DNA from: Kiloniellaceae bacterium
GTDB lineage: Bacteria; Pseudomonadota; Alphaproteobacteria; Kiloniellales; J153
DNA length: 64,000 bases
NCBI GenBank assembly: GCA_021776095.1
Contig: JAJFGO010000098.1
Location: 23,094 to 87,093, forward strand
Reading direction: 5' to 3'
A program made the translations under genes and the position numbers. The notes beneath the pieces are model-generated. The model saw only the letters and a list, made by a program, of their open reading frames with translations. It was not told the DNA's origin and searched no databases. Shown piece after piece: positions 10,125 through 19,289 of this stretch (within the stretch, counting starts at the first letter, position 1; every line of letters starts with the position of its first letter).

Positions 10125-10273
10125 ATGTGCTCGGCTATCTGATCCCAATCGCCCTGTTCTTGGGCTTGCTCGGCCTGGCGGCTTTTCTCTGGGCGCTCAA
10201 GTCCGGGCAATTCGACGATCTGGACGGTGCCGCCCATCGGATCCTGTTCGACGACGACGAGAGTCCCGAGTAG
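10121..10273 (+). CDS. ccoS: cbb3 oxidase maturation protein CcoS/FixS (50 aa)
   Basis: Hand-translated as MNVLGYLIPIALFLGLLGLAAFLWALKSGQFDDLDGAAHRILFDDDESPE*. ATGA overlap with the ccoI stop. The conserved W..KSGQFDDL motif is present. Confidence 0.85.
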   Translation: MNVLGYLIPIALFLGLLGLAAFLWALKSGQFDDLDGAAHRILFDDDESPE

Positions 10274-10276
10274 CTG

Positions 10277-10323
10277 CACCATGAAATTGATCTGGGAAGA
10301 GAACGACGCCCCCGGCGGCGACC
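10277..10323 (-). pseudogene. Remnant of about 47 bp from an EamA-family transporter gene, homologous to 12142-12190
   Basis: My hand alignment to the internal EamA segment at 12142-12190 gives 43 identical positions over 49 columns (4 substitutions, 2 one-nt gaps). The minus-strand reading is GASFSSQINFMV versus GASFFSQINFMV in the intact gene. Confidence 0.45.
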
Positions 10324-10466
10324 CTCAAAGATCGCCGCGAATCTTCGTCAATCCAGAGCCGCTTTGCGCCGCGTCAGGCTGACGGCGGCGTCGCTTCATA
10401 ACACTAAGCTCGGCTAGGCCTATGGTGAAATACTAGCGGGTGACCGGTTCCGTGAGCGCCGACGGG

Positions 10467-11825
10467 TCAATCGGTTCGGCCGAATCGAAGTCGCAATTCT
10501 GTGCAATTCTCGGCAATCGGCGTGAAGACGGCTGCTGGTTCTAAAAATCCGCGCACTGCGATGCGACCGATCTCGCGCACGGGAACATCGGGAAGGTGCT
10601 CGACAGTAGCCGCGTCGATCAGAAGCTGCGTGCCGTGCTCCTTGTTGAGTGCCTCTAGGCGGGCCGAGAGATTGACCGTATCGCCGTACAGCGAATAGGA
10701 CTGCCGGCCGCCCCCGCCGACGCTGCCAGCGATCACCGGTCCAGTTGCGATGCCGGCGCGGATCGCGAGATGCTCGCCACTGAAGGTTTGGTTTGCCGTT
10801 AGGTCGACGATATCGAGGGCAGCGCATACGGCCTTAGCGGCATGCTTCGGGTCTTCGGTCGGTAGATTGAAGGTTGCCATGATGGCATCGCCGATGAACT
10901 GGGTCACGACCCCGTCGTAGCGGTTGATGGTCTCAGTGGCTTGGTCGAAAAAGGCGTTCAGCACGCCGACCACACGCCGGGGTCCGCTCGCCTCGGTCAT
11001 CCTGGTGAAGTTGGCGACGTCGATGAATAACACCGTCGCCGTGCCCTCAACCGGCTCCAGCAGGCCGCGGTCGCTGATTAGCGCGTTGGCTATGGTTTTG
11101 GGGACGTAGCGGCCGAAAACGTCTGTGAGCGCGCGCCGCTCCTCGTCCAGTTCCAGCTGCCGGTGCACCGTGCGGCGCGCGCGCCACACGACCCCGCCGA
11201 TCAGCACCGCAACCAGAAGGTAGGCTAAGGACTCCTGGATTCGGCTGCCGGTGCCGACAAAGTTGGGGCTGAGGAAGATCGACAGGAACTGCTCCGTGGT
11301 CGGCGCGATGCCGATGTCGGTCCAGTCGAGGCGCTCCGACATGTCGCGAATCGCCCAGGCGAAGGCGCCGAGCCAACCGGCCGCCACCATGACCCCCGAC
11401 CAAAGCACCAGGCCCGGCGAGAAGCTGAAGGCAGCGATGCCCAGGATCAGAAAATAGAAGGGAAATATGGAATTGCGAAACAACATCGCCTGGGCCACAT
11501 CGATGGTGTCAAAGATCGGCTGCGTGGCCATGAGCAGCGACAAGATCGCGATGTCGAAGGTGATGAAGGCATATTTGAGCCAGGCTCGGTCGTAACGCGA
11601 GCCAATTAGAGCGAAATGGATGAGGCCGAGGGCGGCAAAGCCGGCGATGGCGAGACCGAGATCTAGCGCATGCTCCGGGTTCGCCAGGCGCGACAGGACC
11701 AAGAAGGCGCCGAGCAACACCAATGCCACCAGGCGACCCATGATGGCGATACGCAGGCCGGCCTGCTCGGCTTCGCGAAAGGTCTCAGTGAGATAGGCCT
11801 GCTGGTTGACGGTATCGCTTGGCAA
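10467..11825 (-). CDS. Membrane-anchored class III adenylate/guanylate cyclase
   Basis: 452 aa. About 6 N-terminal TM helices, then a cyclase domain with FIDVANFT, GDAIMATF and GDTVNLSARLE. The only start at the 5' end of the ORF is TTG (11825); internal ATG alternatives exist. Confidence 0.88.
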   Translation of the reverse strand: MPSDTVNQQAYLTETFREAEQAGLRIAIMGRLVALVLLGAFLVLSRLANPEHALDLGLAIAGFAALGLIHFALIGSRYDRAWLKYAFITFDIAILSLLMATQPIFDTIDVAQAMLFRNSIFPFYFLILGIAAFSFSPGLVLWSGVMVAAGWLGAFAWAIRDMSERLDWTDIGIAPTTEQFLSIFLSPNFVGTGSRIQESLAYLLVAVLIGGVVWRARRTVHRQLELDEERRALTDVFGRYVPKTIANALISDRGLLEPVEGTATVLFIDVANFTRMTEASGPRRVVGVLNAFFDQATETINRYDGVVTQFIGDAIMATFNLPTEDPKHAAKAVCAALDIVDLTANQTFSGEHLAIRAGIATGPVIAGSVGGGGRQSYSLYGDTVNLSARLEALNKEHGTQLLIDAATVEHLPDVPVREIGRIAVRGFLEPAAVFTPIAENCTELRLRFGRTD

Positions 11826-12012
11826 GCCATGACCTCACACATTTGGTCCGGGGTGGATCTCAACATTGGGCACTCTTCACGGCCCGCGAAGTTTAATATG
11901 GGCGGTTGACGAGCCTATGCCAATGGGCGCAGAGCAGCCAAAGGGAGCGGGACGAAGAACGGAGAAAGCGAATCCATTCAACCCGGATCTACCCTAGGCG
12001 CTAAGCGGGGAT

Positions 12013-12912
12013 CTACGCCGGGGGCTGCCTACGCCCGCGCGCGATAGCGACCCCCAGCAGGATGATCGCCAGGGCGGCGTAGGCGTTCGGCGGTGGCCGC
12101 TCCAATAACACCAAGGCGCCGAACAGCACCCCGAACAGCGGCACCATGAAATTGATCTGAGAAAAGAACGATGCCCCCTGGCGTCGGACCAGTGCGAGCA
12201 TCATCAAGGTGGCGATGGCGGTCTGAAGAACAGCGAGCACCAGGATCGAAACGAGGGACGCCGTGCTGGGCGATAGGGTCCAGGGCCGATCCAGCATGAG
12301 GCTGATTGGCAACAGCATGAGCGTCGAGGCAATCATCAGTCCGGCCGCCATGGCGCGGCGCGGTTGCTCGGTCAGGGACTTGGTGACCACCGCGTTGACA
12401 CCATAGCAAAACGCCCCGCCGGCGACTGCTAATTGACGTATCGCGTCTTCCCCCAAGGCGGCCAGATTGGCTGGGCCGATCAGGACCACCAAGCCAACGA
12501 TGCCCATGGCGACGCCCAGCGCTTTACGCGGCGTCATCTTCTCGTCCTTGGTGAAGGCGTGGGCCAGAAGCAGGGTGGTCAGGGGCATGACCGCCATGAG
12601 TATGGCCGCTAGACCGCTATCGATGTGCTCCTCGCCCCAGGCGATCAAGGTGAAGGGCAGGGCGGCGCCGAACAGCGAGGCCAGGGTGATCAGGCCCCAA
12701 AGACGTAGGCCGCGGGGCAGAGTCTGGCCGGCCATGCGCGCCACAACGATTAGCAGCACCGACGCTATGGCCAGACGCGCCAGGGTCATGGTTGCGGCCG
12801 GCACCGTTTCGACGCCGATCTTTATGAATAGGAAGCTGGCGCCCCAGATCGCCGACAGGCAAACGAGCAGCGCGTAGTCGCGGACACCGGGATGGCCTTG
12901 GGTCACGGGCAA
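12013..12912 (-). CDS. EamA/DMT-superfamily transporter (10 TM)
   Basis: 299 aa and highly hydrophobic, with two EamA-like halves (AIWGASFLFIKIG... and ...GASFFSQINFMVPLFG). TTG or GTG start. Confidence 0.88.
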   Translation of the reverse strand: MPVTQGHPGVRDYALLVCLSAIWGASFLFIKIGVETVPAATMTLARLAIASVLLIVVARMAGQTLPRGLRLWGLITLASLFGAALPFTLIAWGEEHIDSGLAAILMAVMPLTTLLLAHAFTKDEKMTPRKALGVAMGIVGLVVLIGPANLAALGEDAIRQLAVAGGAFCYGVNAVVTKSLTEQPRRAMAAGLMIASTLMLLPISLMLDRPWTLSPSTASLVSILVLAVLQTAIATLMMLALVRRQGASFFSQINFMVPLFGVLFGALVLLERPPPNAYAALAIILLGVAIARGRRQPPA

Positions 12913-12918
12913 AGCACG

Positions 12919-13488
12919 CTAGCGCGGCGCACTGGTACCGAAGGACGACAGATATGCGAACAGTGCGGTCGAGCCGCCGGTGTGCAGGAACACCGCCCGG
13001 TCGGTTTTCTCGTAGAAGCCCTTGCGGCACAAATCGATCAGGCCTGCCGCGCATTTGCCGGAGTAGACCGGGTCGAGCAGGATGCCCTCCAACCGGGCGA
13101 AAAGGTCGATAGCCGCCAGGGTGCTGGGCGCCGGAATGCCATAACCTTCACCCACGTAGTCGCTGTTCGCCGTCACGTCGTCCCGGGCGACCACGCCGGG
13201 GCAGCCGATTTTCTCGGCGGTTTTTTGGGCCAGGTTGTAGACTATCTCTTCCTGCTCGGCTTTGGGCAGGCGCACCGTAATGCCCATCAAGGGGATATGC
13301 GCGTTCATGGCCTTCAGCCCAACGACTAGGCTCGCCTGGGTGCCGCAACTGCCGGTCGCGTGCAATAAGTGGTCGATGCGCAAGTCCCGCTCGTTCGCCT
13401 GGTAGACCAGTTCCAAGGCGCAGTTGACATAGCCCAGGGCGCCGGTCGGGTTGGAGCTGCCGCCAAGGCGACGGCACGGGCGATAAAC
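12919..13488 (-). pseudogene. 5'-truncated paralog of the D-cysteine desulfhydrase / ACC deaminase / CuyA PLP-enzyme family (C-terminal half only)
   Basis: The frame is open for only 190 codons, bounded by an upstream in-frame TAG at 13489-13491. It encodes ...[13 protein letters not shown]...[13 protein letters not shown]...[13 protein letters not shown]. This aligns with the C-terminal half of the intact 355-aa neighbour. The N-terminal part with the PLP lysine is absent. Confidence 0.6.
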
Positions 13489-13611
13489 CTAGCCCATAAG
13501 CCGGACGGCGGAAAATCTTGATTTGGTGGGCAAAACGGTGGATTCGAGGCTGGAGCGGGATCGGTTCGCTGGCAATGGTCAGTTCGATGGTTGGGTCTTA
13601 ATGGTGCAAGA

Positions 13612-14679
13612 TCAGCCGGCGGCGCTATCGATCGCGGGCGGCGCTAGATCGCTCTGATAGGCGAAGATCGCCGGTGTCCCGCCGGTATGCACGAAAAGAA
13701 CCTCACTGCCCTTGGGAATGCGGCCTTGCTCGACGAAGTGCAGCAACCCGGCCATGCAACGGCCGCTGTAAACCGGGTCGAGCAATAGGGCCTCGGTTTC
13801 CGCTGCCAGGCGAATCGCTGTCCGGGTTTGTTCGTTGATTTGGCCGTAACCAGGGGCCAGGACCGAATCGTCGACTATGACGTCTTGCTCCGCAATCTCT
13901 AGGCCGGTGCCCAGCAGCCCGGCGATCTCTCGCGCGCGGCGGAGTACGCGCGGGTGCTGCTGCGCCGCGTCGCGGCGGACGCAGATGCCCAGGACCGGCA
14001 CTCGCCAGCCGAGGGCCCGGGCGCCGACCAGAAATCCCGCGTGAGTTAGGCCGCTGCCCGAAGGGATCACCACGTGGCTGGGTTCGCGTCCCATGCGTTG
14101 TAACTGCCGCCGGGTTTCACAGGCCGCCTCGACGTATCCAAGGCCGCCGGTCGGCGGATGGTCTAGACCCAGGTGAATGACATAGGGGCGGCGTCCTTCG
14201 CTCCGCAACCGCGCGGCGATCTCATCCAGATTCCGGTCCGCCGCCGCCTCATTCTCGCCCTGGGGAAAGCGGTGGATACGCGTGCCCAGCAATTGGTCCA
14301 GCAAGAAGTTGCCCGAGGCGCGATAGAACGGATCGTCCTTGGGGACCCGGTCCTCGAGTTGCACCTCGGGCTGCCAGCCCAGGCGCCGGGCCGCGGCCGC
14401 CGCCAGGCGTACGAAGTTCGATTGCACCGCCCCGGTGATTAGGACCGTATCGGCGCCCTCGGCCGCGCCGCGGCCGAGGTAGTACTCCAACTGGCGCACC
14501 TTGTTGCCGCCCATGGCCAAACCGTTGCAATCGTCGCGTTTGGCCCAGAGGGTGATACCGAGGCACGGGCCAAGGTTATTCAACTGCTCCAACGGCGTGT
14601 CGCCCTGCCAGAGCTCGACCTTGGGATGGGCCGCCAGTTCCGGCAGTGCGGCGTCCGGTTGCGGTTCAGGCTGTGACAT
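13612..14679 (-). CDS. PLP-dependent D-cysteine desulfhydrase / L-cysteate sulfo-lyase (CuyA)-family enzyme
   Basis: 355 aa. PLP-lysine motif GGNKVRQLEYY, plus [13 protein letters not shown] and FVHTGGTPAIFAY. The gene start overlaps the TauE gene end by 14 nt. Confidence 0.85.
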   Translation of the reverse strand: MSQPEPQPDAALPELAAHPKVELWQGDTPLEQLNNLGPCLGITLWAKRDDCNGLAMGGNKVRQLEYYLGRGAAEGADTVLITGAVQSNFVRLAAAAARRLGWQPEVQLEDRVPKDDPFYRASGNFLLDQLLGTRIHRFPQGENEAAADRNLDEIAARLRSEGRRPYVIHLGLDHPPTGGLGYVEAACETRRQLQRMGREPSHVVIPSGSGLTHAGFLVGARALGWRVPVLGICVRRDAAQQHPRVLRRAREIAGLLGTGLEIAEQDVIVDDSVLAPGYGQINEQTRTAIRLAAETEALLLDPVYSGRCMAGLLHFVEQGRIPKGSEVLFVHTGGTPAIFAYQSDLAPPAIDSAAG

Positions 14680-15448
14680 CCGAAACCCCTTTCCACAAGA
14701 GCGACAATCCCATGATCAGGAGCAGCGCCCTGAGTGCGACATGCAGGGTGACCTCCCCGATGTTGCGCTTGACGACGACGCCCAAGCCGATCCCCAGCGC
14801 CAGGGCCGGGACCAGGGCGGCGACCGCGCTCCAACCGCCCGTGGTCTTTTCGCCAAACCCGAAATGAATCAGAAACGCCGCGCTATAGGAGAAGACGAAG
14901 AGGGCGCGCAGGGTCGCGCGCACCAGGGCGGGCGCGACATTCTGGTGCAACAGGGCCCAGAGGGCGACCGGACCGGGGATCGCCAGGCAGCCGCTTAGGA
15001 AACCGGATACTCCGCCGCCCACCAAGGTGCGCCGTCGCGCCGCCGCACCGCTGTCGGCGACTGCCGCCCGCCGGTCCAGCAGCAGCAACTGTACGGCCGC
15101 CGCCAGCACCACCGCGCCGGCAAAGAGTTTCAGGGTAGTCGCATCGAACTGCTGCAGCACAAGCCAGCCCAATGGCACGCCGACCACGGTACCGATCAGG
15201 AGTAACCGCAGGGGCGGCCACGAGATTTCGCCCCTTTCCTGCGGCAAGAGCGCGAGGGACACCAAGAGGTTTAGGATGATGGCGACGAACACCGCCGTCT
15301 GGCTGTGCAGGGTGAGAATCAAGGCCGGTCCCGCCAGCAAACCGAGACCGGCCCCGGTCGCCACTTGCAGGGTGGTGCCGGCGCAGACCACCAACGAGAC
15401 CAAGACCAGCGCGTTCAGGCTCAAGGGCAGGTTATCAAAAAGGGCCAC
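14666..15448 (-). CDS. TauE/SafE (DUF81) family sulfite/anion exporter
   Basis: 260-aa polytopic membrane protein with the Gly/Ala/Leu-rich 4+4 TM repeat typical of the family. GTG start. Confidence 0.82.
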   Translation of the reverse strand: MALFDNLPLSLNALVLVSLVVCAGTTLQVATGAGLGLLAGPALILTLHSQTAVFVAIILNLLVSLALLPQERGEISWPPLRLLLIGTVVGVPLGWLVLQQFDATTLKLFAGAVVLAAAVQLLLLDRRAAVADSGAAARRRTLVGGGVSGFLSGCLAIPGPVALWALLHQNVAPALVRATLRALFVFSYSAAFLIHFGFGEKTTGGWSAVAALVPALALGIGLGVVVKRNIGEVTLHVALRALLLIMGLSLLWKGVSDVTA

Positions 15449-15516
15449 GCCCCGTACCTCCGGACCGAAGAGGGGCGACGATACCGCAAAGAATCACTCA
15501 TCGAAATGACGGCCTT

Positions 15517-16479
15517 TCAGGGTTTGGCGTTCACGAAACCATGACCGGAGCCGCCATAGGTCAGGCTCAGGTATTCGTAAAACACCCGGGCAGGGGCTGA
15601 GAGGTTGGAGTCCCGGCGCCAGCCGAGGCCCACGTCCATGCTCGGCACCTCGTCGCTGACCGGACGGACCTCGATCCGCTGACCTTCCAGAGACCACGGC
15701 CGATACACCATGTCCGACAGAATGGACACGCCCATGCCGGTGGCGACCATGCTGCGCACCGCCTCGACCGAGGAGGTTTCGAAGATCACTTTCGGGAGGT
15801 GCGGCGTCTTCCGCCAATACCGCATGGCTGTGTCGTCGGCCTCGTCGACCGTCAGCATGACGTAGGGTTCCGCGGCGATCTCGGCCAGCGACACGGTTTC
15901 CCGTGCCACGAGATGGTGATCGGCGCAGGCCCAGAGCCGGCGGCGCGAACGCACCAGGATTTCGGAATCGATTGACAGGCTATTCTGCAGGTTGGACACC
16001 AGCATGACCGCGATATCCAAATTGCCGTTCATGAGGCCCGACTCGATATCCTCGCGCGCCAGTTCTTGCATATGGACCGTGATGCCGGGGAAGGCCCGCG
16101 TGAAGCGGGCCAAGATTTGCGGTAGGAAATAGGCCGCCACGGTGTAGGTCAGGCCGACCCGGACCTCGCCGGTTTCGGCCGAACCGGTGCGGCGCAAGGC
16201 CCGCGTAGCCTCCGATACCGTCGCTTCTATGCTGCGGGCGTGCTGAAGAAATTGATGTCCTTCATAGGTTAAGGTAACGCCGCTGGGATGGCGCTCGAAC
16301 AGGCGAGCCTCAAGCTCGTCTTCCAAGGCCTTGATCGCGGCGGTCACGGCCGACTGCGAAACGTTGAGGTCCGCCGCCGCCGAGGAAATCTTCGCAGCAT
16401 CCGCGACCGCGATGAAATAACGCACTTGGCGAAATGAAAATGCCATCAATTTTTCCGATATCGTGTTTCTGTTTTTCAT
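15517..16479 (-). CDS. LysR-family transcriptional regulator
   Basis: N-terminal HTH FRQVRYFIAVADAAKISSAAADLNVSQSAVTAAIKALE followed by a LysR substrate-binding domain. The true start is probably the internal ATG at 16446 (MAFSFRQVRYF). Confidence 0.9.
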   Translation of the reverse strand: MKNRNTISEKLMAFSFRQVRYFIAVADAAKISSAAADLNVSQSAVTAAIKALEDELEARLFERHPSGVTLTYEGHQFLQHARSIEATVSEATRALRRTGSAETGEVRVGLTYTVAAYFLPQILARFTRAFPGITVHMQELAREDIESGLMNGNLDIAVMLVSNLQNSLSIDSEILVRSRRRLWACADHHLVARETVSLAEIAAEPYVMLTVDEADDTAMRYWRKTPHLPKVIFETSSVEAVRSMVATGMGVSILSDMVYRPWSLEGQRIEVRPVSDEVPSMDVGLGWRRDSNLSAPARVFYEYLSLTYGGSGHGFVNAKP

Positions 16480-16641
16480 ATTTTACAATAGTCTCAGCGT
16501 TCGTAAAGTGACGATACGGAGCGGAGTACAGCGTCGGAAATGCGCCACAAGGCGCCCCGACCATTGCTGGCGGGGGCCCTCACGATCTTTGGGCCTCCCC
16601 GGCGGCAAGCCGCGAAGAACACTTAACAGGGAGAACTAGCA

Positions 16642-17730
16642 ATGAAATTTCGCTGGACTGGGCCGCTTGCCGCGGCCGGTGGCGCGCTTGCCTTGGCGGT
16701 TATCCTGCCGCTTTCGGCACAGGCCGAGGAAAAATGGTTTCCCTATCCGGTTGAGGTCTGGGACCCGCCCTTTGACATGGCCAGCCCGCGCAAGACGGTG
16801 GATTATTCGCCCGTCGCCAAGGCCTCCAAGGCCTGGGATATCTGCGTATCCTTTCCGCACATGAAAGATGCTTATTGGCTGGCTGTCGATTACGGCGTGG
16901 TGGCCGAGGCCGAGCGCCAGGGCGTCAAGATGCAGTTGGTCGAGGCCGGCGGCTACACCAACCTCAACACCCAGGTATCGCAGATTGAGGACTGTGTCGC
17001 GCGCGGCTCCGATGCGGTCATCATTGGGGCGATTTCCTTCGACGGCCTGAACAATCTGGTCAAGGAGGTCCGCTCCAAGGGCATTCCGGTGATCGACGTG
17101 ATCAACGGCATGTCGTCGCCGGAGCTTTCCGCCAAGTCGCTGGTTTCCTTCGGCGAGATGGGCTTCAAGGCCGGCGAGCACATCGCCAAGCTGCATCCAA
17201 AGGGTTCGGGCGCGGTCAAGGTCGCCTGGTTCCCGGGCCCTCCGGGCGCCGGTTGGGTTGAGGCCGGCAACAAGGGCTTCCAAGAGGCTGTGGCCGGTTC
17301 GGATATTCAGGTCGTCGAGACCAAATACGGCGACACGGGCAAGGAAGTGCAGCTGAAGCTGGTTGAGGACACCTTGGAAGCCCACCCGGACATTCAATAC
17401 GTGGTCGGCACCGCGGTGACCGCCGAGGCGGCCACCGGTCTGCTGCGCGCGCGTGGCCTGACCGACAAGATCAAGATCATGTCGTACTACTTCACGCCGG
17501 GTGTGTTTCAGGGCATCAAGCGGGGCCAGATACTCGCCGCGCCCACCGATTCCGCTGTGGTTCAAGGCCGGGTCGCGATCGATCAGGCGGTCCGCATCCT
17601 GGAAGGCAAACCCTACGAGAAGCACGTCGGACCGGCCCTCTACGTGATCGATTCGAAGAACATCGATACCTTCGACCGGGGCTCTTCCTTGGCGCCGGAC
17701 GGATTCAAGCCGACCTTCACCGTGAACTGA
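16642..17730 (+). CDS. Periplasmic sugar-type (PBP1, TorT/ribose-binding-like) ABC substrate-binding protein
   Basis: 362 aa. Signal peptide ending LSAQA-EE and GGGAGAA ahead of the ATG. Alternating beta-alpha pattern (ICVSFPHMKDAYW, VIIGAISFDG, IPVIDVINGM) typical of type I sugar binders. Confidence 0.85.
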   Translation: MKFRWTGPLAAAGGALALAVILPLSAQAEEKWFPYPVEVWDPPFDMASPRKTVDYSPVAKASKAWDICVSFPHMKDAYWLAVDYGVVAEAERQGVKMQLVEAGGYTNLNTQVSQIEDCVARGSDAVIIGAISFDGLNNLVKEVRSKGIPVIDVINGMSSPELSAKSLVSFGEMGFKAGEHIAKLHPKGSGAVKVAWFPGPPGAGWVEAGNKGFQEAVAGSDIQVVETKYGDTGKEVQLKLVEDTLEAHPDIQYVVGTAVTAEAATGLLRARGLTDKIKIMSYYFTPGVFQGIKRGQILAAPTDSAVVQGRVAIDQAVRILEGKPYEKHVGPALYVIDSKNIDTFDRGSSLAPDGFKPTFTVN

Positions 17731-17750
17731 GGCCGCGGGCCTCTGCTCGA

Positions 17751-19289
17751 ATGAACGGCGAGGTTATGAATGGCGGGGGTCCGGTGGACGGATCCCCGCC
17801 ACTTCTCAAGCTTGAAAATATCACCAAGCGCTATCCGGGCGTCTTGGCGCTGGACCGGGTCGAATTCGACCTGCGGGCCGGGGAGGTGCACGTCCTCTTC
17901 GGCGAGAACGGCGCCGGCAAGTCGACTCTGATATCGATCCTGGCCGGCGCCCAGACTCCCGATGGTGGGCGGATCCAGTTCCGTGGCCAAACCATCGATA
18001 TGAACTCGGTGCATCATGCCCGCTCGCTAGGCATCAGCGCGGTGTTTCAGGAATTTTCCCTGGTGCCCCAGCTGACCATCGAGCAAAACCTTTTCCTGGG
18101 GGCCGAGGAAACGACCCTGGGAATGCTCAACAAAACCGCCCTGCACGACCGGGCCAAGGAGATCTTGGAACGGCTTGGCTTCGACCTGCGGCCGACTCAA
18201 AAGGTCGCGTTTCTGTCCCGCGCCCAGCAACAGATGGTCGAGATCGCCAAGGCGTTTCGTTCCGACCTCTCGATATTGATTCTCGACGAACCGACGGCCT
18301 CCCTGACCGACCGGGAGACCGAGCAGCTTTTCGCCCTGATCAATCAGGTCAAGGCCCGCGGCGTCGGCATCATCTATATCACCCATCGCATGAGCGAGAT
18401 CCGGCGCATTGCCGACCGGATCACGGTGCTGCGCGACGGGCGCTATGTCGCCACCGTCGACGCAAGCACGTCGGAAGGCGAGTTGGTCCGCCTCATGACC
18501 GGCCGCGTGATCGACGAACTGTTCCCCAAGGTCCGGTTCGAACCCGGTGAAACGATGCTTGAAATCGAGCATCTCGCGACCGCCGACGGAACCGTGAGCG
18601 ACGTCAGCATGACCCTGCGCCGGGGCGAGGTCGTTGGCCTCGCGGGCCTGGTGGGCTCCGGCAAGTCGGAGGTGGCGCGGGCCTGTTTCGGCCTTATTCC
18701 GGTTGCCGCCGGGCGGGTCGTGTTCGCGGGCGCGGACACCACCGGACTGTCGCCAAGCCAAATGCTCGACCGCGGATTCTTCTATGTGCCGCCCGACCGG
18801 CGCGACGAGGGGTTGATGATGATGCGCGGCGTGCGTGAAAATATCGTCCTCTCGGCCCTGTCCGAGCCGGAGTTTTCGCGCGGGCCGTTTTTGCGCCGCA
18901 AGGCGGAGGCGGCCAAGGCCCAGGAACTGGCGCAGCGCCTGAACCTGCAACCGCTCAGAATCGAACGCGAGGTCGATCATTTCTCCGGCGGCAACCAACA
19001 AAAAGTGATGCTGGCCAAGAGCCTGACTCGCGAGGTCGATCTCTTTGTCTTCGACGAGCCGACCGTGGGCGTCGATGTCGGCACCCGGGTGGCGATCTAT
19101 GAGTTCATCCGCGATCTGTGCGAGAATGGTGCGGCGGTATTGCTGATCTCCTCAGATCTGCCGGAGATCCTGCACCTGACCAAGCGGGTCTACGTGATGT
19201 GCCGCGGCGTTCTGACTGCGGAGGTGACCGGCGAGGAGATAAACCAGGAGAACATCCTGCGGCATTGCTTCGAGCGAGAGGCGGCATGA
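17751..19289 (+). CDS. Sugar ABC transporter ATP-binding protein (tandem ABC domains)
   Basis: 512 aa. Walker A GENGAGKST, signatures LSRAQQQMVEIA and FSGGNQQKVMLA, Walker B ILILDEPT and LFVFDEPT. Confidence 0.92.
   Translation: MNGEVMNGGGPVDGSPPLLKLENITKRYPGVLALDRVEFDLRAGEVHVLFGENGAGKSTLISILAGAQTPDGGRIQFRGQTIDMNSVHHARSLGISAVFQEFSLVPQLTIEQNLFLGAEETTLGMLNKTALHDRAKEILERLGFDLRPTQKVAFLSRAQQQMVEIAKAFRSDLSILILDEPTASLTDRETEQLFALINQVKARGVGIIYITHRMSEIRRIADRITVLRDGRYVATVDASTSEGELVRLMTGRVIDELFPKVRFEPGETMLEIEHLATADGTVSDVSMTLRRGEVVGLAGLVGSGKSEVARACFGLIPVAAGRVVFAGADTTGLSPSQMLDRGFFYVPPDRRDEGLMMMRGVRENIVLSALSEPEFSRGPFLRRKAEAAKAQELAQRLNLQPLRIEREVDHFSGGNQQKVMLAKSLTREVDLFVFDEPTVGVDVGTRVAIYEFIRDLCENGAAVLLISSDLPEILHLTKRVYVMCRGVLTAEVTGEEINQENILRHCFEREAA

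Noticed and set aside
9983-10282. Apparent continuation of the EamA-like reading (…INFMVQLLGTLVVVEQDP…) on the minus strand into ccoS.
   Set aside because: Beyond about 10277 the sequence is constrained by the conserved CcoS protein on the plus strand, and the residual resemblance to the EamA C-terminus is weak. I count only 10277-10323 as homologous.
16480-16641. LysR-type T-N11-A box in the LysR / ABC divergent region (TTAC-N16-GTAA around 16484-16507).
   Set aside because: The arms are only 4 bp and the spacing is atypical, which is too weak to call.
19118-19285. N-terminal extensions offered by the ORF track here, and at 3962-4054, 4913-4945, 20310-20336, 30249-30365, 33880-33945, 37780-37872, 45509-45535, 56831-56890 and 60873-60956.
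   Set aside because: The extensions overlap the preceding gene in another frame. They encode Arg-rich nonsense and precede an internal start that has an RBS or a start/stop overlap, where homology to the family begins.
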